The notes under the pieces are model-generated. The model was not told the DNA's origin, did no database searches, and saw only the letters and a list, made by a program, of their open reading frames with translations. Below are positions 39,501-48,325 of a stretch of DNA of 64,000 nucleotides, piece after piece; the stretch's first letter is position 1; the number at the start of each line of letters is the position of its first letter. This DNA is from Phycisphaerales bacterium (GTDB lineage: Bacteria; Planctomycetota; Phycisphaerae; Phycisphaerales; UBA1924). The translations under genes and the position numbers were made by a program. The DNA lies in assembly GCA_046350415.1 (NCBI GenBank), contig JAXMAL010000001.1, positions 1,476,782 to 1,540,781 of the forward strand. Reading direction: 5' to 3'.

Positions 39501-40253
39501 GGCGCTCGCCGCGGTCGCAGGAATCATGCCTGTCGGCGCGACCGGGCCGGGAGTCGGGCCCGCGCCGTACAGCGCCTTGTCGACAAGCCCCTCGATCCGC
39601 AGCGGCTTGCCACCCTTGGCTTCATCGTCGGGTACCGGCACTGCGAGCACCGCGATGTCTCGATAAAAGCCCGCGGCGGTTGCGGGCGTCGCCAGCGTGC
39701 CCTTGAACGCGCCCGGACCCTCGAATGGAGTCTCGGACCACACCACCTTCTGCATCGACTGCTCGGGCTTGATCCACGGCCCGCCGCTCCCGCACCAGCC
39801 CGCGTCGTCGTTCATGTTGATCTGAAGGCCAAGGCGGGCCGCCTCGGCGCACGCGTGCTTGAACAGCTCGCGCCACTCCGCGCTCGCGAACCCGATCGGT
39901 CCTTCCGGTGCGCCCTGATCGACCTCCATGATGAGCACGCCGCCGATCCCCACGCGTGCCATCGCCTCAAGGTCGAGCGTGATCCCTTCTCGCGTGATGT
40001 TGCCATTGAGCCAGAACCAGTAGACCCACGGGCGAGCGTCGCTCGGCGGGCTCTTGAAGTTCGGCATGAGCAACGCCACATCGTCTTTGCCTTCGCTCGC
40101 ACGCGCGGACGTTTGGCTGGAGCTTGAGCGACCGATCGCAATCTCAGGCGTGAACGCTTGACCCGACGCGGCCTGGACTTCAGCGTTCGGGGTGTGCGCG
40201 ACCATGATCGCGGCAAGGGCCGCGACCCCGATAAATGGATTGGACTTCAACAT
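36558..40253 (-). CDS. Large secreted glycoside hydrolase (GH106-like alpha-L-rhamnosidase family, tentative) with internal tandem domains and a C-terminal galactose-binding-like domain
   Basis: Signal peptide. The N-terminal block ARPWVYWFWLNGNITREGITLDLEAMARVGIGGVLIMEVD is what I recall from GH106-type 'glycosyl hydrolase' proteins. Two ~85-aa repeats are present, and the C-terminus (WLDLGNVAVIAEVSLNGRDLG) has a jelly-roll pattern. Confidence 0.8.
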   Translation of the reverse strand: MLKSNPFIGVAALAAIMVAHTPNAEVQAASGQAFTPEIAIGRSSSSQTSARASEGKDDVALLMPNFKSPPSDARPWVYWFWLNGNITREGITLDLEAMARVGIGGVLIMEVDQGAPEGPIGFASAEWRELFKHACAEAARLGLQINMNDDAGWCGSGGPWIKPEQSMQKVVWSETPFEGPGAFKGTLATPATAAGFYRDIAVLAVPVPDDEAKGGKPLRIEGLVDKALYGAGPTPGPVAPTGMIPATAASAAIARDRMVDLSGKMSAEGTLSWQVPAGKWVIMRFGHTSTGAVNLPSPASGRGLECDKLSKEGSEAAFAGLMGRLIADVGPLAGPTLVSTHIDSWEVSTQNWTAKMREEFKRLRGYDPLMLLPVMSGRVVDSLEVSERFLWDLRLTVSDLIIENYARHTQELAKQHGIRLSIEAYGEPADDMAYAGTADEPMCEFWSYGAYGAADTCTVMASAAHVYNKPILGAEAFTANDQERWRDHPGSIKAMGDWAFCEGINRFVFHRYAMQPWIDRRPGMTMGPWGLHYERTQTWWDQSKPWHEYLSRCQYLLRQGRFVADICYLAPEGSPQHFVPPSAMADGSPPVRGGYNFDACPPDVILHHSRVENNELVLSDAMRYRVLVLPAVATMTPELLRRVKELAEAGLTVIGDRPEKSPSLSGYPACDQQVRELAAQLWGKEDARPGAEHAIGRGKVIRGQSAEQTLAAMGVPPDFEARGSDDPSDLRYIHRTLSDGELYFVANISSRPVAATCAFRVSGLRPELWNAETGDSKPAAMYEASGKQTLVPLSLGPAESVFVVFRRGSNASTDHVVSFTRDNEPIGGPVATPAKVVVQHATWGPANDQARTKDVTAQVRAMTARGTHAFRVASLAREGDPAYGVIKTLRIEYTTNGKPRTVSATDPEIIRLESVSHTLVVRSASYGVPGDAARTRNVTSKLQQLADRGEYEFRVRRMAEGDDPAYNVVKTLRVEYTLDGVARTASATDPETMHLLVSPSRPAELSIDAQGRTILEASRPGKYGVRWSSGRSGEVNIASIPEPLEIKGAWELSFPPRWGAPDKLTLPELKSWSTLEQPGARYFSGTASYRKTISVPPELLGQGRRVWLDLGNVAVIAEVSLNGRDLGVLWRSPYRVDVTDALKAGENSLEVRVTNLWVNRMIGDEQLAEDSDRNPGGTLKRWPEWLSGTKPSPSGRFTFTSWRLWSKDSPLLESGLIGPVRLEAVMNAELK

Positions 40254-40714
40254 GGCCCTGCCCTCGTGGTATCGGAGGCGCCCTGGGGGTAGAGACCACG
40301 CTCCACCCCGGTATGGGGGAGTCTAGGAAGCACGGAGCGGCCGCCGGTGTCAGGAAGTTCGTCAGAATTGGCGCGAGGCCGCGGGGGGCTGACGGCGTTT
40401 TCGGCAGATCGAGCGATGGCATCTCGCATCCGGCGGGTGATAGAAGTTGCAATCTTGTGTCTGTCAAGGCTCCCGGGTCTTCAGCGAATCGTCCCGGCAC
40501 ATGAAGTTTGTTCCACATCACTCCCATTTAGGGTGTACTCGATGCGCGGCGCTCTCTTCAAACCTGGCATGGAGTGGCTTGACAACACGCTCCTTCATGA
40601 CAGAAACACATCACCTTAGCAACATTCGGAGCAACCGCGCGATTGGGATGCCGGTATCATGGATGTGGCATACGGCGCGGATCGGCGGCGAACCGGAACA
40701 GCAAGGAGTTCATC

Positions 40715-42379
40715 ATGGGCAAGGCACGGTCGATTCATCTCGGACTGAACTCGGTCGATCCCGAACACTATTCGGGCTGGTCGGGCCAACTCAACGCGTG
40801 CGAACAGGACGCGCGAGACATGCTTCGACTCGCGATGAACCGGGGAGTCACGACAAACGCCGTGTTGCTGACGCGCGACGCGACGGTCGCGAGGTTCGAG
40901 CAGGCGATGCGCGAGGCCCAGGCATCGCTCGGCGCCGGCGACCTTCTCCTCATCAGCTACTCCGGGCACGGCGGGCAGGTCCCGGACCGAAACGGCGACG
41001 AGGCCGACGGAAAGGACGAGACCTGGTGCTTGTTCGATCGCGAGTACGTCGACGACGAGTTGTTCGACCTCTTCGCGGGCTTTGCGCCGGGCGTCCGGAT
41101 CGTGGTGCTTTCGGACTCGTGCCACAGCGGGACCGTCGCGCGCGTCGCCGAGTATCGCGGATTTGCCCCCGATTCGACGACCGCGTATCGCTGCATGCCC
41201 AGCGATCGAGCCACGATGGTGTATGAGCAACACCGGCGCCTGTACGACGCGATCCAGGCCCGGACCCGTGGCGGGCGTCGTTCCCAGGACGGGGCGAGCG
41301 TGCTCCTGATTTCGGGCTGCCAGGATTCGCAGCTTTCGATGGACGGTGATCGCAACGGCTTGTTCACCTCCAAGCTCCTCGAAGTGTGGAACAACGGGCT
41401 ATTCAAGGGCTCCTATCGCCGGCTCCACTCGCTCATCAAGGCCCGTATGCCGTCGACGCAGGTACCCAACCTCTTCCAGTGCGGAGCACCTGATGACGCG
41501 TTCCCCGAACTCGAAGCCTTCGATCCGGGTGCGAGCGGTGACATGCGGCGCGACGACGATCCATCCGGGCTCTGGAGGCGCGGGCTCCCGCTGGTGGACT
41601 ACCCGGTGCGGACGCAGGAGCCCGGAATCCGCGCGGCCCGCGAGCCGGGCGACATACCCCCGGGTCTTCCGACCGGGTTGAACGAGTTGCCGCAGGCGAT
41701 GAACCGCGTGTTTGACCTCTCGGTGACGGGCGCGATGTCGCTTGGGATTCCGATCGCGGGCTCGGTCTCGGGCGGCGGTTCGCGTCATGTGCTTGTGCTT
41801 GAGCGCTGCGCGTTCAAGGTGCTCAAGTCCGGCACTGGTCTGACCCAGGAATGGGGGTACGCGATCCGGTTCTGCCTTACCGTCAACAAGTTCGACGCCT
41901 CGATGAAGCTGACGCTCCCGTTCCTGGCGGCATCGGCGGAAGTAGGGAGCATCGAGGCGCAGTGGATGCTTCAGGTCATCGGTCTCGGCGGGCCCAAGAT
42001 TGACGCGGTATCGCTCCCGCCGACCGAACTCAACGTCGAGACCTTCGTGCTCGCCAAGCAAAGCCTGGCGGCGCTCATCGGCGCGGTTCGTGACCCGGAC
42101 ACCGTGTTCACGCCCCAATGCCTGCGGGAGATCACACCGGCGGATCAGCGGGATCTCGCGTTGCGCCGCGCGGTCGCGCACACCGTCGCGCTCGACGCGA
42201 TCGCGGACGGCGTCACGCTCGAGCGGGCTCAGAAGCGAGCGGCCGACCCGCTCGCGGCCGACGTGATCCGCGACATGTACCACGACATCGCGGGCATCGA
42301 TGTGCCCACGCTCGAGCCCTCGTCGAACGCGCGCGCGGAGGCCAGGCGGTTGCTCGGGCGGGTCGACCTGAGTTTCTGA
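40715..42379 (+). CDS. Caspase-like (peptidase C14, orthocaspase) protease fused to an unrecognised C-terminal domain (554 aa)
   Basis: ATG 40715 with AAGGAG 6 nt upstream. The caspase dyad is YSGHGG (His codon 40967-40969) and VVLSDSCHSG (Cys codon 41120-41122). After a P/G/R-rich linker, aa ~330-554 match no motif I recognise. Confidence 0.85.
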   Translation: MGKARSIHLGLNSVDPEHYSGWSGQLNACEQDARDMLRLAMNRGVTTNAVLLTRDATVARFEQAMREAQASLGAGDLLLISYSGHGGQVPDRNGDEADGKDETWCLFDREYVDDELFDLFAGFAPGVRIVVLSDSCHSGTVARVAEYRGFAPDSTTAYRCMPSDRATMVYEQHRRLYDAIQARTRGGRRSQDGASVLLISGCQDSQLSMDGDRNGLFTSKLLEVWNNGLFKGSYRRLHSLIKARMPSTQVPNLFQCGAPDDAFPELEAFDPGASGDMRRDDDPSGLWRRGLPLVDYPVRTQEPGIRAAREPGDIPPGLPTGLNELPQAMNRVFDLSVTGAMSLGIPIAGSVSGGGSRHVLVLERCAFKVLKSGTGLTQEWGYAIRFCLTVNKFDASMKLTLPFLAASAEVGSIEAQWMLQVIGLGGPKIDAVSLPPTELNVETFVLAKQSLAALIGAVRDPDTVFTPQCLREITPADQRDLALRRAVAHTVALDAIADGVTLERAQKRAADPLAADVIRDMYHDIAGIDVPTLEPSSNARAEARRLLGRVDLSF

Positions 42380-42630
42380 ATCGCGCCCGCGAGATAGCTC
42401 GAGCCACGGCGTGCCGCGGCTCGTCGGCCTGGGCCGAGGAAGCCCGGCCCGCACCATAGCTCAGCAGAGCGTCGGCATCACTGCGCTCGATCGCAAGCAG
42501 CCTCGCGATTCCGCGAGGGGGATTCGCCCCGTTCCCATTCATCCGGCTATGCTCAGTTGGTCATGACCATTTGCGATACTCGTTCGATCAGACCGCACCA
42601 TCGCGCGTCGTAGCCCGCCGTGGAGGTCCC

Positions 42631-45006
42631 ATGAAACTCAGAAGATCGAGCCTGCTCGCCAGCGTCCTCTCACTCGTCGGCGCCGCGATCGCGGCCGCCC
42701 AGTCCTCACCGCCCGCGACGCCCCCACCATCGACGACGGTACCCGCGCACACGTTCTCGATCGGCCCGACCGATTTCATGCTCGACAGCAGGCCGTTCCT
42801 CATCCGCTCCGGCGAGATGCACGCCGCCCGAATCCCGAAGGAATACTGGCGGCATCGTCTTCAGATGGTGCGCGCGATGGGCTGCAACACCGTCTGCGCG
42901 TACCTCTTCTGGAATCAGCACGAGCCGCGCGAGGGAGAGTTCGACTTCACGGGCCAGGCCGACGTCGCGGAGTACTGCCGGATCGCGCAGGAGGTCGGGC
43001 TCTGGGTGATCCTGCGCCCGGGTCCATACTCGTGCGCCGAGTGGGAGTTCGGCGGCTTCCCGTGGTGGCTCCTGAAGAACCCGGAACTCAAGCTGCGCAC
43101 GCGCGATCCCGCGTACCTCGCCGCCCTGAACCGATACGTCGCCAAGGTCGGCGAGCAGCTCGTGCCGCTCCAGATCGATCGCGGTGGCCCGATCATCATG
43201 GTGCAGGTCGAGAACGAGTACGGCAGCTACGGCAACGACAAGGAGTACATCGGGCTCCTGCGCGATCAGCTGCGCAAGGTGGGCTTCGGCGTGCCGCTCT
43301 TCACCTGCGACGGACCTTCCCAGCTCCCCAACGACACGCGCCCGGAAATCTTCTGCGTCGTGAACTTCGGCGGCGATCCCGAGGGCTGCTTCAAGGCGCT
43401 CCGCGCCATCCGCCCCGAGGGCCCGCTCATGTGCGGCGAGTTTTATCCCGGCTGGTTTGATTCATGGGGCGCACCCCACCATCGCGGGAGCGTTGACGCC
43501 GTCGTCCGCGATCTTCGCTTCATGCTCGAGCACAACCAGTCGTTCAGCATCTACATGGTCCACGGCGGAACATCCTTCGGCTACAGCGCGGGCGCCAACG
43601 CGCCGCCCTTCCGCCCACAGAGCACGAGCTATGACTACGACGCGCCCATCGACGAGGCCGGCCGGCGCACGCCGAAGTTCGACGCGATCCGCGAGCTCTT
43701 CTCGGCTCACCTCCAGCCGGGTGAAACGCTCCCCGACGCCCCCGCCGCGCATCCGATCATCTCGTTCCCGCGCGTGAACCTGCAGTCCGCGGCTCGCCTG
43801 TGGGACAATCTCCCATCGCCGGTCCACGCCGACCAGCCGCGCACGATGGAACTGCTCGACCAGGGCGGCGGATGCATCCTTTACCGAACCGTGCTCCCCC
43901 CGGGCGCCGCGGGCACGCTCGCCGTGCGCGAGCCGCACGACATCGCCCAGGTCCGCATCGACGGCACGCTCGTCGGCGTTCTTGACCGTCGGTACAACAA
44001 GACATCCCTGGCGATCCCGGCTCGCGAGAAGCCCGCTCGCCTCGACATCTTCGTCGAAGCCATGGGACGCGTGAACTACGGCGGCCAGATCCACGACCGC
44101 AAGGGCATCACGAGCAAGGTCGAACTCGTCTCGTCGGGCTCGACGACGGAGCTCCGCAATTGGGAGATGTTCTCGCTCCCGCTCGATGCGCCGTGCGTTG
44201 CGGGCCTGACGTACGCGCCCGCGTCCAAGCCGCTCGGCGCTCCCGCGGCGTACCGCGGCACATTCGAACTCAAGAATGTCGGCGACACGTTCCTGGACAT
44301 GCGCACCTGGACGCGCGGCGCCGTCTGGATCAACGGGCACGCCATCGGGCGCTACTGGAACATCGGCCCGCAGCAGACGCTCTATGTTCCCGGTTGCTGG
44401 CTCCGCAAGGGCAACAACGAGGTCATTGTGCTCGACACCATCGGCTCGGCCGGCCAAGCCGGCGTCGAAGGCCTGGCCGCGCCGATCCTCGATCAAGTCC
44501 AGCCCGATCCGCTCGCGCCAACCGGGCACCGCAAGCCCGGCCAGGCGCTGAAGCTCGATGATCTCAAGCCGCTGGCCGAGGGCGAGTTCCCGCGTGGCAA
44601 GGAATGGCAGGTCGCAAAGTTCGCGCCGACGCCGGCGCGGTTCGTGTGCCTGGAAGCGCTGAGTTCGAACAAGCCCGACGAGTTCACGACGCTCGCGGAG
44701 TTGGAGGTTCTTGACGCGGAGGGCAAGCCGCTGTCACGCGACGGCTGGTCGGTCGCGTACGCCGACAGCGAGGAGCTCGGCGCGGAAGAGGGCGCTTCCG
44801 ACAACGTGCTCGACTCGAACGCCGCGACGTTCTGGCACACGCAATGGCAGGACGCCAAGCCGCATCATCCGCACGCGATCGTGATCGACATGGGTTCGAC
44901 ACGAACGATCACGGGCGTGCGCAGCCTGCCGCGCCAGGATAGCCCGAACGGACGGATCGGAAGGTACCGCGTCTTCGCGTCGACGGCTCCAATGCCGGAT
45001 TTGTAG
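42631..45006 (+). CDS. GH35 beta-galactosidase with a C-terminal F5/8 type C (discoidin) domain
   Basis: ATG 42631 with a signal peptide. GH35 blocks are present: GEMHAARIPKEYWRHRLQMVRAMGCNTV, YLFWNQHEP, RPGPYSCAEWEFGGFPWWL and QVENEYG (catalytic Glu). The C-terminus has NVLDSNAATFWHTQW. Confidence 0.9.
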   Translation: MKLRRSSLLASVLSLVGAAIAAAQSSPPATPPPSTTVPAHTFSIGPTDFMLDSRPFLIRSGEMHAARIPKEYWRHRLQMVRAMGCNTVCAYLFWNQHEPREGEFDFTGQADVAEYCRIAQEVGLWVILRPGPYSCAEWEFGGFPWWLLKNPELKLRTRDPAYLAALNRYVAKVGEQLVPLQIDRGGPIIMVQVENEYGSYGNDKEYIGLLRDQLRKVGFGVPLFTCDGPSQLPNDTRPEIFCVVNFGGDPEGCFKALRAIRPEGPLMCGEFYPGWFDSWGAPHHRGSVDAVVRDLRFMLEHNQSFSIYMVHGGTSFGYSAGANAPPFRPQSTSYDYDAPIDEAGRRTPKFDAIRELFSAHLQPGETLPDAPAAHPIISFPRVNLQSAARLWDNLPSPVHADQPRTMELLDQGGGCILYRTVLPPGAAGTLAVREPHDIAQVRIDGTLVGVLDRRYNKTSLAIPAREKPARLDIFVEAMGRVNYGGQIHDRKGITSKVELVSSGSTTELRNWEMFSLPLDAPCVAGLTYAPASKPLGAPAAYRGTFELKNVGDTFLDMRTWTRGAVWINGHAIGRYWNIGPQQTLYVPGCWLRKGNNEVIVLDTIGSAGQAGVEGLAAPILDQVQPDPLAPTGHRKPGQALKLDDLKPLAEGEFPRGKEWQVAKFAPTPARFVCLEALSSNKPDEFTTLAELEVLDAEGKPLSRDGWSVAYADSEELGAEEGASDNVLDSNAATFWHTQWQDAKPHHPHAIVIDMGSTRTITGVRSLPRQDSPNGRIGRYRVFASTAPMPDL

Positions 45007-45057
45007 CGTCTCGCGCCGCGCGGCCGTCGGATTTCACGCAAGGAGCGGCGGGCGCCT

Positions 45058-45612
45058 CTATCCGATTCTCGCGAGCACGCGTCCGGCCTCGACGGCGTCG
45101 CCCTTCTGCACCAGCAGCTCCTTCACCGTGCCGCCCACGAGCGCTCGCACGGTGCCGGTCATCGGACGATCATCGCTCACGTACTTGCGGGCAATCTCGA
45201 TCACGACGATGGAGTCGTAGGCCTTGACGGCATCGCCCACCTTGACATTCACGTTGGTGATGATGCCGGGAATCGGGCTGCAGACTTCGCCCGGCGCACC
45301 GACGCCCAGGCCGTGCCACGCTGGCTTGGGGGGAAGCGGCGGCTCGGGCGGACGAGCGAGCACGGGCGGTGCCTCGGTCGTTACGAGCGTGGGCTGGGCG
45401 TTGGGCGTGGGCTGGGGGTTGGGCGGGGGGTTGGAGCCATTTCCGCTGCCGTTCATGCCGGGCACGAGCATGCGACCGGCGGGCGCCTTGGGCGGGGCGA
45501 CGACGGGCGCACTCTGCACGCGGAGGTCGGCCGAGGCGAGCGACGCGTTGGGATCAACCACGTCGACTTCGACTTCGTAGGTCTGACTTTCGATGGTGAC
45601 GTGGAGCTTCAT
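45058..45612 (-). CDS. Biotin/lipoyl-attachment-domain protein (1.3S/BCCP-like) with a divergent modification motif
   Basis: A Pro-rich linker is followed by a C-terminal hammerhead-fold pattern, SPIPGIITNVNVKVGDAVKAYDSIVVIEIARKY...LVQKGDAVEAGRVLARIG. The canonical E-A-M-K-M is replaced by E-I-A-R-K-Y. Confidence 0.72.
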   Translation of the reverse strand: MKLHVTIESQTYEVEVDVVDPNASLASADLRVQSAPVVAPPKAPAGRMLVPGMNGSGNGSNPPPNPQPTPNAQPTLVTTEAPPVLARPPEPPLPPKPAWHGLGVGAPGEVCSPIPGIITNVNVKVGDAVKAYDSIVVIEIARKYVSDDRPMTGTVRALVGGTVKELLVQKGDAVEAGRVLARIG

Positions 45613-45962
45613 GTCGTTGTCTCGCGTGCGGGCGTGGTGTGCGGGGCTGCGGGCGTGACGCCGTGTGTTGAGGTGATTGGCGGCTGCTGCGGGTTCACGA
45701 GCCCGCGCGCCAGCCGCGCCGGGCCGGGCGTGGATCGCGATACTCCATGGAAGCCCGGCGGGCCGATTGCTGCCACGGCGAGAGCTTCGACGTGTGGGCC
45801 GGCTGGCTGAGCGAGCGGACGTGCGTGATCACGGCGCGCGGGCCGGCGACCAGCGTGACGACCGCCTGGATCGCCTTGAGGTGGTGCGGCGGGATGGAGT
45901 GTCGTGGTGGTGCGTGGGTGGTTGGCATGGTTCGGATCGGATAGGTTCGGCGGGCGGAAGGA

Positions 45963-47585
45963 CTACAGCGGGATCAGGCCGTGCTTCTTCTCGGGGCGGA
46001 GCTCGCGCTTGGTCTGGAGTTCGTCGAGCGCCCGTGCGATGTAGCGCCTGGTCTCGCCCGGCGCGATGATGTCGTCGACCATGCGGCGCCCCGCGGCGAC
46101 GAACGGATTGGAGAACGTGTTGCGGTAGAGATCGGTCAGTTCGGCGCGCTTGGCGGCGCGGTCCTTGGCCTCCGCGAGCTCGCGCTTGAAGATGACCTCC
46201 ACCGCCGCCTCGGCGCCCATGACGGCGATCTCGGCCGTGGGCCAGGCGGCGACCGCGTCGGTGCCCAGGTCCTTGCTCGCCATCGCGACGTACGCGCCGC
46301 CGAAGGCCTTGCGCAGGATGACGGTGATCTTGGGCACGGTGGCGGCGGAGTAGCTGAAGAGCAGCTTGGCGCCGTGGCGGATGATCCCGCCGTACTCCTG
46401 CTGCACGCCCGGGAAATAGCCGGGGGTGTCGACGAGCGTGAGGATCGGGATATTGAAGGCGTTGCAGAAGCGGATGAAGCGCGAGGCCTTGTCGCTGGAG
46501 TCGATGTCGAGCGCGCCGGCCTTGACGCCCGGGTTGTTGGCGACGATGCCGACGCTGCGGCCGGCGATGCGCCCGAAGCCGATCACCATGCTGCCGGCGA
46601 AGCCGGCCTGGACTTCGAGGAAATCGTCGTTGTCAACGAGGCGCTGGATGACGTTGTGCACGTCGTAGGTGCGGCGGGGGTCGGCGGGGAGGATCTCGCC
46701 GATCGCGTCGTCCGTGCCGATGTCGCCCGGGAAGGCCAGACGCGGCGGGTCCTCCATGTTGTTCGACGGCAGGAACGAGAGCAGTCGACGGCAGAGGGCC
46801 GCGGCGTGCTTGTCGTCCTCGGCGATGAAGTGAATGTTGCCCGAGTAGTGCATGTGGGCCTCGGCGCCGCCGAGCTCTTCGGCGCTGACGTTCTCACGGG
46901 TGACCTGCTTGATGACCTGCGGGCCGGTGATGAACATCTGGGCCCGGCGCGTCTGGATGACGAAGTCGGTGAGCGCGGGGCTGTAGGCCGCGCCTCCCGC
47001 GCAGGGCCCGCAGATGAGCGAGATCTGGGGCACCAGCCCGGAGAGCAGCGTGTTGTGATAGAAGACGCGCCCGTAGGCGCCGAGCGAGTCGATGCCCTCC
47101 TGGATGCGGGCGCCGCCCGAGTCGTTGATGAAGATGAAGGGCGTGCCGGTCTTCTGGCTCATCTTCATCATCTCGACGATCTTGTCGCCGTGGACTTCGC
47201 CCAGCGCGCCGCCGCCGACCGTGAAGTCCTGGCTGGCCAGGTGAACGAGGCGCTTGTCGATGGTGCCCGAGCCGGTGACGACGCCGTCGGCGGGGAAATC
47301 CTTGCCGTTCATGCCGAAGGTGGTGCAGCGGTGCCTCGCGAAGCCGTCGCGTTCGTGGAACGAGGCGTTGTCGAGCAGGACGTCGATGCGCTCGCGCGCG
47401 GTGAGGTTTCCGGCGGCGTGGTGCTTGGCGATGCGGTCGGCGCCGCCGCCCAGCATCAGCACGTCGCGGCGCTTCTTGAGCTCAAGGAGACGATCGGCCA
47501 TCGAGATGGGAGTCGGGGCCTTGGCGGGCGGGACTGGCGGGACTGGCGCGGCGGAGGGAGTGTTCGGCGTGGTGGCGTTGCTCAC
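45963..47585 (-). CDS. Acyl-CoA carboxyltransferase (propionyl-CoA carboxylase beta / methylmalonyl-CoA carboxyltransferase 12S-like)
   Basis: Full-length match to the carboxyltransferase pattern: LTARERIDVLLD, VVTGSGTIDKRLV, INDSGGARIQEG, CGPCAGGAAYSPALTDF, GVVANNP, GGAYVAM. The start is uncertain: GTG 47585 (GAGAAAGGG upstream), ATG 47501 or ATG 47657. Confidence 0.9.
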   Translation of the reverse strand: MSNATTPNTPSAAPVPPVPPAKAPTPISMADRLLELKKRRDVLMLGGGADRIAKHHAAGNLTARERIDVLLDNASFHERDGFARHRCTTFGMNGKDFPADGVVTGSGTIDKRLVHLASQDFTVGGGALGEVHGDKIVEMMKMSQKTGTPFIFINDSGGARIQEGIDSLGAYGRVFYHNTLLSGLVPQISLICGPCAGGAAYSPALTDFVIQTRRAQMFITGPQVIKQVTRENVSAEELGGAEAHMHYSGNIHFIAEDDKHAAALCRRLLSFLPSNNMEDPPRLAFPGDIGTDDAIGEILPADPRRTYDVHNVIQRLVDNDDFLEVQAGFAGSMVIGFGRIAGRSVGIVANNPGVKAGALDIDSSDKASRFIRFCNAFNIPILTLVDTPGYFPGVQQEYGGIIRHGAKLLFSYSAATVPKITVILRKAFGGAYVAMASKDLGTDAVAAWPTAEIAVMGAEAAVEVIFKRELAEAKDRAAKRAELTDLYRNTFSNPFVAAGRRMVDDIIAPGETRRYIARALDELQTKRELRPEKKHGLIPL

Positions 47586-47660
47586 GAATGACCCTTTCTC
47601 ACGAAGAACGCGGAGAGCGATTGAGATCGGTGCGGGAGCCGGCGCTGAACCCGGCACCGG

Positions 47661-48101
47661 TCAGTGCGCACGGGAATGAACGCTTGCGGGCTGGCACAGT
47701 TCGGTCAGCACGCCCATGGAGGCCTTGGGATGAAGGAACGCGATCGACGAATCGTGGGCCCCGGCGCGCGGGCGTTCGTCGATGAGACGGATGTCACCCG
47801 CCTTGAGCGCCTCGAGGCGGGCGGCGAGATCACCGACGGTGTACGCGACGTGGTGAAGGCCCTCGCCGCGCTTCTCGATGAACTGCGCGATGGTTGAATC
47901 AGGGCTGGTGGGCTCGAGGAGTTCGAGGCGGACGGGGCTTTCGATCGGGCCGAGTGCGTAGAACGCGACGCGAACCTTCTGATCGGGAACCGTCTGCACG
48001 CCCTCGAACCGAGCGCCGAGGATCCGCTCATAGAACTCCCGCTGCGCGTCCAGCGACCGGACCGCGATCCCGATGTGATTGACGCCTTGGGCCTGGATCA
48101 T
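47661..48101 (-). CDS. mce: Methylmalonyl-CoA epimerase (VOC/glyoxalase fold)
   Basis: The pattern VNHIGIAVRSLDAQREFYERILG...LELLEPTSPDSTIAQFIEKRGEGLHHVAY is diagnostic, and the pathway context supports it. Confidence 0.88.
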   Translation of the reverse strand: MIQAQGVNHIGIAVRSLDAQREFYERILGARFEGVQTVPDQKVRVAFYALGPIESPVRLELLEPTSPDSTIAQFIEKRGEGLHHVAYTVGDLAARLEALKAGDIRLIDERPRAGAHDSSIAFLHPKASMGVLTELCQPASVHSRAH

Positions 48102-48325
48102 GAGCGATCTCCCAAGTCAGGCGGCCGAGCGCTCGCGTTCCGTGCGAGCAGCCGAGCGGAGCGGTGAATTCGGAACCGAATCGCCAACTCCGCGACCGAT
48201 CGCATGATAGGCCGTCGGTCCGTGGAATCCCTGAACTCATCGTTGTTTGTAGCGGTTTTCAACGATTCGTCGCCATCGACGACCTGCTTCGTATTTCATT
48301 CGGAGATCGTGCGGAGAGCCCGCGT

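Noticed and set aside
36486-40127. Long plus-strand ORFs 36486-37820 and 38052-40127
   Set aside because: They are antisense to the 1231-aa glycoside hydrolase and give Arg/Ala/Pro-rich junk translations.
40715-42379. Idea that the C-terminal half of the caspase-like protein is a fused bacterial gasdermin
   Set aside because: I see no resemblance to the gasdermin N-terminal sequences I remember (no N-terminal Cys/palmitoylation context, different length and order). It is left as an 'unrecognised domain' pending structure search.
42399-42420. Imperfect GC-rich hairpin GAGCCACGGC-GT-GCCGCGGCTC after the caspase-like gene, considered as a terminator
   Set aside because: It has one mismatch and no following T-tract, so it cannot be distinguished from random GC-rich self-complementarity.
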